A stretch of DNA of 62,120 nucleotides, counting the filler, from Candidatus Babelota bacterium (GTDB taxonomy: Bacteria; JAGOBX01), in the NCBI GenBank assembly GCA_017999075.1. It is 8 parts of 8 records of this genome, joined end to end, with 100 filler letters (N's around TTAATTAATTAA, not from the genome) between each part and the next. Parts side by side here need not be neighbours in the genome. Positions count along the whole stretch, not along the records: positions 46,969 to 54,507 come from JAGOBX010000161.1; positions 54,608 to 62,120 come from JAGOBX010000162.1; 6 more parts are not named here. One strand, given 5' to 3'. Below the pieces are notes generated by a model. That model did no database searches. It was not told where the DNA came from and was given only the letters and a program-made list of their open reading frames with translations. Shown one piece after another: positions 52,783 through 62,120 of the stretch. Numbering within the stretch: position 1 is the first letter of the stretch; each line of letters starts with the position of its first letter. The position numbers and the translations under genes were made by a program.

Positions 52783-54507
52783 CCCGGATATTTCACGAGT
52801 AAAATAAAAAAAGCAAATAAAAATCAATAAAAAACAATACTTAAAACAAAAATTATTCATAAAAAAGAGTATACAAAAAATGTGCTAAAAAAAACAAAAA
52901 AAACATTAAAGTTTTTCGAGAAATTGCCGAAATAATAAATATAAAAAATATATTTAGAGAGTGTGTAAAAATGAGCAAATCGAAGAAGATAAAATTTAAA
53001 GGATTAAAAAAACGGGAAGTTATGGCTGATTTCAGTGGCGGGAAAATAACAAGTGATGCAGGTCTGATATTATTCCGAGAAATTGAAAAGAAACATCAAA
53101 TTATAAAACGAATGAGCAACTGTATTCAAGATACGCGAGAACAGAATAAAGTATTACACAGTGTTGAAGAATTAATGAAACAACGAGTTTACGGAATTGT
53201 GGGCGGATATGAAGACGGTAACGATCACAAAGAATTAAGAAAAGACGAATTATTAAAACTTTTATGTGAAAAAGAACCCGATTGCGAAGAAGCGTTATCA
53301 AGCCCGTCAACAATAAGCCGGTTTGAAAATCGAGTGGTCAGAAAAGAATTATTTGAGATGAGTAAAATATTAGTGGATGATTTTATAGAGAGTTATAAAA
53401 CCGCGCCGAAAGAAATAATATTAGATTTTGACGCAAGCGATAATCCGGTTCATGGAGAACAGGAAAATCGTTTTTTTCATGGATATTATAATGAATACTG
53501 TTTTTTGCCGCTATTTGTATTCTGCGGTGAAAAACTGCTTGTAAATTATTTGCGTCCGGCGTGGTACGGAGCGGCGCATCATACTTGGGCGATATTAAAA
53601 TTATTGGTTCAAAGAATAAGGACATCCTGGCCAGATGTAAAAATAATTTTTCGAGGTGACGCTGGTTTTTGTAAACATTTGATGTTCAATTGGTGTGAAC
53701 GCTTTAATGTTGAATATATCGTTGCTATAGGAAAAAACAAACGAATAGAAAAACTTGCTGAAAATATTATCAACGAATCAGAAGAAAAATACAAACAGAC
53801 AAATGAAAAAGTGCGGGAATTCGGTGAAATAAAATATGCCGCTGAAACTTGGAAAAAAGAACGTCGTGTAATCATCAAAGCAGAACGTCTTGAAGAAAAA
53901 ATGAATGTAAGATGTATAGTGACAAATAATGAAAAATTATCAGCGCAGGACTTATACGACAAAGAATATATCCCTCGTGGTGATATGGAAAACAGAATAA
54001 AAGAACACCAGCTCTTTCTTTTTTCGTTAAGAACAAGCTGTCATGAATTTGCGGCTAATATGTTTCGAGTTATGCTGTCTTCAATCGCATATGTACTTTT
54101 TGAAAAATTTCGGAGTATAGCTCTGAAAAATACAGAGTATGCAAAAGCTCAATGTTCTACCATAAGAAGCAAATTTATAAAAATAGCGGCACTAATAGTT
54201 TCAAACAGCAGAAAAATAACATTTAAAATTGCAAGTCAATTTCCTTATCAAGAATCATTTAGACAAATTTGCGTTAATTTGAATTGAATAAAAAAAATCA
54301 AACAAATTCATTATTATTTCAGTAAATAGCGTTATATGTAAAAGGTCTGTTTTCCCTTTGAAATTTTTTCGGATTTTTTAACTGCTTCTTTAAAAAAAAA
54401 TCTTTTATTTTTTACAAAACCTTTTTTTGATTAGTTTTTTTGATGATTTAATCTGAATATTTGAATTGTTGATAATCCAGCAACTTTACTTTAAATTCGT
54501 GAAATAT
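52783..54507 (+). mobile_element. IS1380-family insertion sequence
   Basis: Left IR CCCGGATATTTCACGA; right IR TCGTGAAATAT cut by contig end; transposase inside. Confidence 0.9.
52971..54287 (+). CDS. IS1380-family DDE transposase
   Basis: F.GG.ITSDAG, GYED.ND, LDFD, HG.QE, RGDAGF, RG.MEN.IKE. Confidence 0.95.
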   Translation: MSKSKKIKFKGLKKREVMADFSGGKITSDAGLILFREIEKKHQIIKRMSNCIQDTREQNKVLHSVEELMKQRVYGIVGGYEDGNDHKELRKDELLKLLCEKEPDCEEALSSPSTISRFENRVVRKELFEMSKILVDDFIESYKTAPKEIILDFDASDNPVHGEQENRFFHGYYNEYCFLPLFVFCGEKLLVNYLRPAWYGAAHHTWAILKLLVQRIRTSWPDVKIIFRGDAGFCKHLMFNWCERFNVEYIVAIGKNKRIEKLAENIINESEEKYKQTNEKVREFGEIKYAAETWKKERRVIIKAERLEEKMNVRCIVTNNEKLSAQDLYDKEYIPRGDMENRIKEHQLFLFSLRTSCHEFAANMFRVMLSSIAYVLFEKFRSIALKNTEYAKAQCSTIRSKFIKIAALIVSNSRKITFKIASQFPYQESFRQICVNLN

Positions 54508-54607
54508 NNNNNNNNNNNNNNNNNNNNNNNNNNNNNNNNNNNNNNNNNNNNTTAATTAATTAANNNNNNNNNNNNNNNNNNNNNNNNNNNNNNNNNNNNN
54601 NNNNNNN
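54508..54607. other. Artificial contig linker
   Basis: N-TTAATTAATTAA-N. Confidence 0.98.
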
Positions 54608-56086
54608 AAATTTGTTATTACAGGCATCGATAACCCAGATAAAATTCAGAATGATTTTGTTTCAACCTTGCGCGGCGAAAAATTTAATATCGAATTGGCT
54701 ACAACAGGTTATATTCATAAAACTGAAAACGGTACAGTAATAGTATTTAAAATTGATGCTATGCCAAGACAAGCAAAACCAATTTATTATGGTAATGATA
54801 TTCGCAATACATTTCTAAGATTCGACGGATCAACTCAAAAAGCTTCTAAAGATGAAATCGCAAGAATGGTTAGAGAATCCAGTGAAAAATCGAGTGACAG
54901 TATGATTTTAAATGGTTTCGGTATTGATGATTTGGATCAGAATTCTATCCAGATATTCCGAAGATTTTTAGAAGCACGCCAGCCAGGACATTTTTTATTA
55001 TCGTGCAGTATTTCAGATTTATTAGAACAATTGCAGGCAGTTGTTAAAACAGGCAAATCAGAATATACGCTAACATCATCTGGATTATTATTGTTCGGAA
55101 AAAGCGTCAGGATTCTAAATTAATTTCCATCATATTTTATGGATTTTCTTGATAAGCGTGGAATTGATAAAAAAGATATGATTAATAAACGCTGGGTTGA
55201 TCGTTACAGTTCGGAAGAAAATATTATCAATACATTTGTAGAATTCAATAGGCGGTTACGAAATCTAATTCCAGAACCATTTTCTTTATCCGCTGATGAT
55301 TTGACAAGAAATGACGATAATACTGCCAGAAAAGCAATACGCGAAGCATTGGTTAATATACTGATTCATATGGATTATTTTGACCGTAAGGGCGCAAGAA
55401 TAACCGTATATGATGACAGGATTGAACTCTATAATCCAGGATGTTTGAGATTTGATAAAAAGCGGTTATTTAAAGAGCATATTACTGAACCTCGAAATCC
55501 GTCGCTTGCTAAAATATTCCGAATATTGCAATGGGCTGAACGAACCGGTGAAGGAATGTTCACTATCCGCAATGGATGGACTGAATTCGGTTTTTTAAGC
55601 CCAAAGATCAAGGATGACAAAGAACTCAATTACTTTGAATTGACACTGCCGCTTGTAAAAAAAACAGCAACTGCAACATTTACTGCCCGCATTGAATCAA
55701 ATAAAAAAAGTGACCAAGATAGTGAAAAAGTGACTAAGTTATCTGAAAAAAGTGACCAAGTTGATGAAAAAGTGACTAAGTCGCTTTATAACGATAAATA
55801 CGATAAACTTATTAAAATTTTAGAATTTCCTGATAAAAAAGAAATGACTAAACCCCAGCTTAAAATCATTGAAAATGTTAGAAAAATATTAGAAAAATGC
55901 CTGGAACCAAAAGAAATTAGCGATTTAATGAAACTAATAAATCAAAAGCACAGAACTTATTTCCGTAACAATTATATTAATATTATGCTGAAGGCGCAAT
56001 TATTAGATATGGTTATTCCCGATAAACCCAACAGCCCGAATCAAAAATATTTTACAACAAACAAGGGTAAAGAAATATTAAATTAA
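54608..56086 (+). pseudogene. Schlafen/AlbA_2 + HATPase_c_4 + C-terminal HTH protein, 5'-truncated, in-frame TAA at 55121-55123
   Basis: GLLLFGK..ILN*FPSYFMDF in one frame; AIREAL.N..IH.DY, NPG, PRNP, ER.G.G, PDKPNSPNQKY. Confidence 0.8.
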
Positions 56087-56403
56087 AATATAAGTTAATG
56101 TTCGGATATAAAATAACAGAATATTTTTGAAATAAAGATTAGACGGGTTGGACGGCATCTGAAAATTCAACTGATATATTGAATGGACATATTTAGTCCT
56201 TATTTGAATATTTTATTTTAAACTTACGGACAATAATTTTATCAATTATATTATCCCTTTGTAAATAATAAAACCAATAATTTTTTTATTTGAAATTTTC
56301 TAAAAAGAATGAATATGCCGATAATCATTATGTCATATTTTTTCTGATGATAATTGGGATGAAATATTAAAAAAACAAGTATTTTAAATTATTTGTTTTT
56401 TAT

Positions 56404-57729
56404 CTATTTTATCAGCCATCTCCATAGAGGAATGACAGTAATGATTTTATTTGCTATTTGCAGGGATTGGCTGTTTCCGTTTTGAACTATTATGGTTCCT
56501 GAATTTTTATTGAAATAATCGAGCGCCGCGAGCAGAGAATTTATTTCTCTGTTTTTTGTTTCGACATTTGACAAATCTTGACAGACCTGAATTATTTCAG
56601 TAATTTTTTTACCTTCACTGATAATAAAATCAGTTTCTTTACCGTCGCGCGATTTCCAGTAATGTATGCGCATTGCCGCATTATCATTCTGCATTCGCCT
56701 AAGTTCAAGAAAAACTATATTTTCAATCCGTTTACCTGTATCTTCCAATGAATACAAATTAATAAATCCTATATCATTCAAATAAATTTTCGGGAATGAT
56801 TTATCCTGATTTTTCAACGAATAATCAAATCTGCGAAGCGGATGAATATAAAAACAATCTTCCATAACTGAAAAATATTCATATAAAATATTTTTGCTTA
56901 ATTTTAACCCCTGCGATTTTTTATCATTAAAATATTTATTCAAACTTATTTCGCGCGTAAAACTAATTGTTAAATAACTTATAAATGACCGGATTAATTG
57001 CGAATTCTTGATTTTATATCTGTCAATTATATCTTTATAAATTATCAAATCAAAATAATCCTTTAAAATTTTTAACTTATCTCTTTCATTATTTGTCTGT
57101 ATGATTTCAGGAAAACCGCCGAACCAGATATACTCGTCGAGATAATGTATTATTTTTGCTTGACTCGCAGAACTAATTTTATTTTCCGAATATTCAAATT
57201 CTTTGAATTTTAAAAACTCCTTAAAAGAACAGGTCAGCATTGTATAAGTTATAGCGCGTCCTCGCAAAGCTGTTGCTATTTCTTTACTCAGCAAATTTGA
57301 CGATGAGCCGGTAATATAAATATTGAATTTTCTTTCATCGTGTAACGACCGTAAAGCATTTTCCCAACCGTCAATAACCTGCGGTTCGTCTATAAATAGA
57401 TGCAGTTTTTTATTTATTGATTCAGGAAATATTGAATAATAAATTTCTATAAGTTTATGAATCTCGGCGTATTTCAATTCCCGCAAATACACATTTTCAA
57501 AATTCAAATATATTATTTGTTTTTTTGAGACATTGTTTTCAATCAATGCGTTTATTTTTCCGAATAGCCGATATGTCTTGCCGCAGCGGCGACAGCCGAT
57601 TATGGTTTTGATTTTATTTGAATCACTTAATTCAATATCCCGCTGTATAAGTTCTAATAAATCACTCTCATAAAAATCAAGAAAATATTTTTTTACAGAT
57701 TCTACATCCATAATATTTGTCCTTATCAA
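56404..57729 (-). CDS. AAA_14 ATPase with DUF4143 / PD-(D/E)XK-like C-terminus
   Basis: GCRRCGKT, IDEPQ, TGSSS, GGFPE, K.Y..D.G, EN.V, ETDF; start uncertain. Confidence 0.88.
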   Translation of the reverse strand: MIRTNIMDVESVKKYFLDFYESDLLELIQRDIELSDSNKIKTIIGCRRCGKTYRLFGKINALIENNVSKKQIIYLNFENVYLRELKYAEIHKLIEIYYSIFPESINKKLHLFIDEPQVIDGWENALRSLHDERKFNIYITGSSSNLLSKEIATALRGRAITYTMLTCSFKEFLKFKEFEYSENKISSASQAKIIHYLDEYIWFGGFPEIIQTNNERDKLKILKDYFDLIIYKDIIDRYKIKNSQLIRSFISYLTISFTREISLNKYFNDKKSQGLKLSKNILYEYFSVMEDCFYIHPLRRFDYSLKNQDKSFPKIYLNDIGFINLYSLEDTGKRIENIVFLELRRMQNDNAAMRIHYWKSRDGKETDFIISEGKKITEIIQVCQDLSNVETKNREINSLLAALDYFNKNSGTIIVQNGNSQSLQIANKIITVIPLWRWLIK

Positions 57730-57744
57730 TAAATAAAAAAAATA

Positions 57745-57798
57745 ATATTATTTCCTTTCGTATAAGGAAATAATATATACAATAAAGTAAGTTGTCAA
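57745..57798 (-). promoter_or_regulatory. Promoter overlapped by a 13-bp-arm palindrome
   Basis: Minus-strand TTGACA-17-TATTAT; ATATTATTTCCTT-N6-AAGGAAATAATAT at 57745-57776. Confidence 0.55.
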
Positions 57799-57896
57799 GT
57801 GAAAAAAATTAAATTATTGCAAAAATAATGCTTTTTTATAATATAGAACATCAGGAGACAGGTTCTGGATTTAAAAACAGGAGAAAAAATAAGATT

Positions 57897-58274
57897 ATGA
57901 ATACAATAATATTAAAAAGCGAAAAAGTAAAATTTGACGATTTTATTTTTTATTGGTAAGATTTTTATGCTTATCCGAATGACCACATATATACTAACAA
58001 TATTTCAGCAAGAAAATATAAATCAATTCATTTGCATGAACTATATACTTGGAAAAACGGAATAAGATTAAGTATGGAAAAAAAGAAATCTTTAAATGAA
58101 AAAATTATTTCAAAAATTAATATTATTAATAAAATTAAATTCGGCTTTTGTGATAATGAAGATTGGAAAATTGATATTAATTATTTTAATAATGAATTTG
58201 CTGATGTTAGCAGTATTTGGAAAATATTTTTATCCGCATATGCTTTCAAAGGAAATTTCGACGTTTTTATTTGA
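57897..58274 (+). pseudogene. Degraded hypothetical gene
   Basis: AGGAG upstream of ATG 57897; MNTIILK...FYW*DFY continues in frame into ORF 58032-58274. Confidence 0.45.
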
Positions 58275-58524
58275 TATAATAAAAAAAACAATACTTATGT
58301 CAACTTTATGTGTGTTTGTTCACAAAATTCAACCCAATAAAGAGAGAATTATCTCTTTTCTTCCAGTATTTATATTTCGAAAAACAATATTATTGTATGT
58401 CTATTTTGCCCTATATTCCAAAATCGACACGGCTATTTTGGAATGGTATATAAAATTGACTTGTTTTTTATTTTTTATATTTTATACTTTTTAATGAAAA
58501 TTTTATTATAAGACGGATGAAAAA

Positions 58525-59751
58525 ATGAAAATTTACGAACGATATATTGAAACTTATTTATTTGAACTGCCGAAAAAAATGTTTTTTCTGTATGGACCGA
58601 GACAGAGCGGAAAAACAACTACGGCTAAAAAGATTATCAAACAAAAAGACGGTGCTTATTTCAATTGGGATGATTTGGCTGTCAGGCGCGAGTATCTGAA
58701 AAATCCGCGCTTCTTATATGATTACATAAAGCCGGGAAAAGAAAATATTTTTGTATTTGATGAAATACACAAACTGAAAAATTGGAAAAATACGCTTAAA
58801 GGTATTTACGATGAGTTTTCAGACAAATGTAAAATAATTGTAACTGGAAGCGCGTGGCTCGATACTTTTCTAAAAGCAGGCGATTCGCTTGCAGGCAGAT
58901 ATTTTGCTTATAAATTTAATCCTTTTGGCATATCTGAGTTTGCGCAGGAATTCTCAATCATAGAAAATAATGCTTTACCTCTGTCTTTTGAATGGATACA
59001 AAACCATTTACAGGATTTCCAATTAAAAAATAAAAAAACAGAAAAATCATTTGAAACTTTATTTCGCTTAAATTCATTTCCTGAACCTGTTATCTCAAAT
59101 AACAGTAATTTTGTGAATAAATGGTCAAACGACTACATCAGGCAGATATCGCGTGAAGATATTCAAACACTTGCGAACATTGAAAATATAACAACTGTTG
59201 AAAATTTAATGTTTTTACTGCCGGAGCGGATAGGCAGTCAATTACAGATTCAATCAATTGCCGAAGATTTGCAAATAACATATAAGACAGTTGCTAAATA
59301 TATTGATTTATTAAAACGAGTTTTTCTGATTTTTGAAGTATCGCCGTATAATAAATCATTAAGCAGGGCAATAAAAAAAGAAAAGAAAATTTATTTTTAT
59401 GATTATTCTCTCACAGCAAACGATGGAAGCAGATTTGAAAACTTTGTTGCCTTAAATCTGCTAATGTATATAAATCGTCTTAATGATTGCGGACTGGGTT
59501 CATACAGTTTGCATTTTTTAAAAGATAAAGACGGGCATGAAGTGGATTTTTTAATCGCGCATAAAACCAAACCGGTATTACTGATAGAAGTTAAATTAAG
59601 CGAAACGGATTTAAGTAAATCATCGCATTATTGGATAAATAAATTAAATATTCCATTTATTCAGGTTGTAAAAAATATGGATACCGCTATCCAAAAACAG
59701 AAAAATGTATTGATAATACCGGCAGCCGGATACTTGCAATATTTAACATAA
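58525..59751 (+). CDS. AAA_14 ATPase with DUF4143 / PD-(D/E)XK-like C-terminus
   Basis: GPRQSGKT, FDEIHK, TGSA, SLAGR, FPEP, K.Y..D, FEN, EVDF..IEVK. Confidence 0.9.
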   Translation: MKIYERYIETYLFELPKKMFFLYGPRQSGKTTTAKKIIKQKDGAYFNWDDLAVRREYLKNPRFLYDYIKPGKENIFVFDEIHKLKNWKNTLKGIYDEFSDKCKIIVTGSAWLDTFLKAGDSLAGRYFAYKFNPFGISEFAQEFSIIENNALPLSFEWIQNHLQDFQLKNKKTEKSFETLFRLNSFPEPVISNNSNFVNKWSNDYIRQISREDIQTLANIENITTVENLMFLLPERIGSQLQIQSIAEDLQITYKTVAKYIDLLKRVFLIFEVSPYNKSLSRAIKKEKKIYFYDYSLTANDGSRFENFVALNLLMYINRLNDCGLGSYSLHFLKDKDGHEVDFLIAHKTKPVLLIEVKLSETDLSKSSHYWINKLNIPFIQVVKNMDTAIQKQKNVLIIPAAGYLQYLT

Positions 59752-59808
59752 AAAAATCAGAAAACCTACAAAAATAAAACAAACAATCGCGCCCTAAAAG
59801 TTAAAAAG

Positions 59809-60017
59809 TGGTCGGAAAATGGTCGGAAACATTTTTTAGCGATAAAACATTGATAAATAATACTTTAAACGAGGTGAAATACGGCCTTACAAGCCGGTGG
59901 TCGGGGGTTCGAGCCCCTCAGCGCCCACCATCCAACCAATTGATAATCAAAGCTTTATACACACTTTTCAAGCCCTGACGAAACAGGGCTTTTTTTGTTG
60001 CGACCAAGATGCGACCA
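59809..60017 (+). mobile_element. Attachment site (attP-like) with tRNA-Val(TAC) 3' fragment as core (59882-59930)
   Basis: Anticodon arm, T-arm and AGCGCCC-A-CCA present, 5' half absent; paired TGGTCG repeats and IHF-consensus boxes on both sides; abuts integrase. Confidence 0.8.
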
Positions 60018-61106
60018 AACTTTTGGCAATTTCATAATAGATTCATACAGCACTTTTATATTCTGAATTTTTTGATAATGCCTTATTGAACCTCGAGGAT
60101 TTTTTCCGCATAAAGCATTTATTATCGGCTGCGATACTCCGCTTTCAGCAAGCATACTTATAAATGTATGCCTGAACTGATAAGCAATATACTTATCCGA
60201 AATTTTTCTGAAACGCTTAGATAGATACGGACGCAAATTAGAACGCTGGGTATTGCAATTCAATAAATAACCGCTCTCACAACTGTCGGCTAAATATTTT
60301 ATCTCATTATGCAAAGGTATTATTGTGCGTTTTTGAGTTTTACTCTCAACAATATCAATAACTGTATACTCATTTATTTGCTTAATATTTTCCTTTTTCA
60401 AATCAAGCGCATCCTGACATCGAAGACCCGTGTAAAATAAAAGCATACAGTAATTAAATATTATTTCATCGACGTTTTTGGCTTTTTCAAATATCTCAAT
60501 TAAATCATCGTAAGGAATTGGACTTCGCTCGTTTTCAATATTCTCACAAGGCATTTTAACATTTAAAAAAGGGTCGCGTTCGCGATATTCCATTTCTACC
60601 GCTAACCGCATAATCTGACGCAGTATCATACAATATTTTCTTACTGTTCCCGCAGACCTTGTTTTTAAAAATTCATTTTTGAAATGTTCTATGTTCATAT
60701 AATTAACATCATTAATTGCGTATTCTTTCCAATACTCAAGTAAAATGTTAATACGATGTTCTTCATCCGCGCGCTTTTCTAAAAAAACGGCATTAAAATA
60801 TTTTTCTGAAAATTCTTTTACTGTCAAATTTTTTAAAGATACATTTTTTAATTCTCTTGACTTTGACAACTTATTTTCTATTTCAGAAATATATTCATAC
60901 ACCTTTTTAATATCATCCATCGGTATTTCAAAAGAAACACCCTTTTGATTTTTTAACTGACATTTCAAATTTGATTTTTCAATGCAAGATAATGTGAAAA
61001 TTTTTGTCAAACGCTGCTTGCCATATCCAATAATGATTTTCAACCTTGAAGATTTTCTTTTCTTCTCTGTAAACGGATAAAATCTAATACTTAAATCTTC
61101 ATTCAA
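59955..61106 (-). CDS. Tyrosine recombinase/integrase
   Basis: TGLR, KT, YQFRHTF, LCGK, HY; GGAGG RBS. Confidence 0.9.
   Translation of the reverse strand: MNEDLSIRFYPFTEKKRKSSRLKIIIGYGKQRLTKIFTLSCIEKSNLKCQLKNQKGVSFEIPMDDIKKVYEYISEIENKLSKSRELKNVSLKNLTVKEFSEKYFNAVFLEKRADEEHRINILLEYWKEYAINDVNYMNIEHFKNEFLKTRSAGTVRKYCMILRQIMRLAVEMEYRERDPFLNVKMPCENIENERSPIPYDDLIEIFEKAKNVDEIIFNYCMLLFYTGLRCQDALDLKKENIKQINEYTVIDIVESKTQKRTIIPLHNEIKYLADSCESGYLLNCNTQRSNLRPYLSKRFRKISDKYIAYQFRHTFISMLAESGVSQPIINALCGKNPRGSIRHYQKIQNIKVLYESIMKLPKVWSHLGRNKKSPVSSGLEKCV
59970..59996 (+). terminator. Intrinsic terminator downstream of tRNA fragment
   Basis: AAGCCCTG-ACGAAA-CAGGGCTT + T-run, inside integrase 3' end. Confidence 0.7.
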
Positions 61107-61198
61107 TTCAGCACCTCCAAAGAGGGCTTATTCGCTCATTAAATCAATTAAAGTATTATTGTCATTTTTTGTCAAGAAAATTATATTAAAAAATGAAT

Positions 61199-62119
61199 TT
61201 AAATAGCAGACACCCTGACAGAATCAGCCGCAATATCATTAAAACGCAAAATATCGTTTCTATCTACTAATTTTTTTTCTCTATAAAAATCAAAATCACA
61301 CGGTAATTTAAATATATCATTTCTTATTATTTCCATATTTGTCCACAAATAATTTTTTAATGTTCCCTCTGGTAATTTTCCAAGCAGAAAATTTATATGC
61401 GTTTCGTTCACATCTTTATTTGACAACTCAGAGGCAAAAGTATGACGAAATTGAATAGGCGTATATTTATTACATATCTTCTTGAACTTTTTACTCATCG
61501 AGGCAACTAAATTTTCCCGCGAACCATTATACTCAAAAATATAGCCGTTATCTCTATTTTGCAAATATATTTTCTCAACCGCCGGTAATATTGGGATATA
61601 TGTAGTTCTATTAAATAATCTTAATTTATGGTCTTTAACCGCAAAGCACTTCACACCATTTTCTATCGCAATATTTTCAAAAGATAAATATTTTAAATCC
61701 ACAGGTCTTAGCCCTGTCAAATATATCAGCAAACAATATTTAAATAAAATCTCATTGGTTTCATATATCTTTTCTTGTAACAGTGCCAACTCTTGACTTT
61801 CAATCGGTTTCTTTGTTTTTTCAATTACATTTGCCGGAATTTTTACATCGTCATCATCAAAAGGATTCAAAGATATAAAATTTAATTTTAACGCTTTTTT
61901 CAAGATTAAATTTAATAGGATACAATATTTCCTTATGGTTGAAAAACTTTTACCCTTTCCAATCAAAGTTTTTTTTACAAAATTATAACCCGCCCCGCCG
62001 ACTTTGAATTTTTCAATTAATTCATTTATCATATCCGCATCAATACCTTTTATTTTTTTATTTTCAAAATGCTTTTTTAATATTTCAAGTTTGTATTTTT
62101 CATTAATATGTGTTTCAAC
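61199..62119 (-). CDS. Second tyrosine recombinase/integrase, frame open to window end
   Basis: TGLR, IQFRHTF, LLGK, NY. Confidence 0.88.
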   Translation of the reverse strand, partial: VETHINEKYKLEILKKHFENKKIKGIDADMINELIEKFKVGGAGYNFVKKTLIGKGKSFSTIRKYCILLNLILKKALKLNFISLNPFDDDDVKIPANVIEKTKKPIESQELALLQEKIYETNEILFKYCLLIYLTGLRPVDLKYLSFENIAIENGVKCFAVKDHKLRLFNRTTYIPILPAVEKIYLQNRDNGYIFEYNGSRENLVASMSKKFKKICNKYTPIQFRHTFASELSNKDVNETHINFLLGKLPEGTLKNYLWTNMEIIRNDIFKLPCDFDFYREKKLVDRNDILRFNDIAADSVRVSAI

Positions 62120-62120
62120 C

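Noticed and set aside
1815-57959. Stop-codon reassignment or programmed readthrough
   Set aside because: The in-frame stops are of all three types at different expected residues (TAG for W, TAG for E, TGA for G, TAA), and TGA and TAG terminate normal genes here
59882-59930. Functional tRNA-Val gene
   Set aside because: No 5' acceptor strand or D-arm upstream; treated as an att core
51445-60017. HU gene as dedicated cofactor of the att site
   Set aside because: They lie on different contigs; linkage is unsupported

Overview
AT-rich bacterial sequence that is not one locus. It is eight contigs of 7.5-7.8 kb in descending length order (1-7806, 7907-15689, 15790-23567, 23668-31410, 31511-39168, 39269-46868, 46969-54507, 54608-62120), joined by artificial 100-nt N-TTAATTAATTAA-N linkers, as expected of a draft genome or MAG. 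Housekeeping content: tRNA-Thr, glgB, leuB, polC, lipA, alkD, a nucleoside ABC transporter with ssnA, a pseudopilin cluster, a ComEC-like gene, a TonB-dependent receptor and an HD-GYP regulator with a sensor kinase. Most interesting signals: (1) two arrays (10 + 4 units, ~34-bp period) of the palindrome ATTGAC-N7-GTCAAT that bracket an HU / H1-like / deaminase block between a Type ISP R-M gene and an IS1380; (2) an attP-like junction (3' part of tRNA-Val with inverted arm repeats and IHF boxes on both sides) beside tandem tyrosine recombinases that share a non-canonical active site; (3) a contig where a ~200-bp direct repeat delimits toxin-antitoxin modules and a secreted-cargo/PorV-like gene pair like cassettes; (4) a Cache-fused pentameric ligand-gated ion channel and a decayed paralog; (5) two T9SS-like cargo + PorV-like pairs in a PolC-bearing, apparently diderm genome. 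All family calls come from motif recognition by eye; no searches were run.
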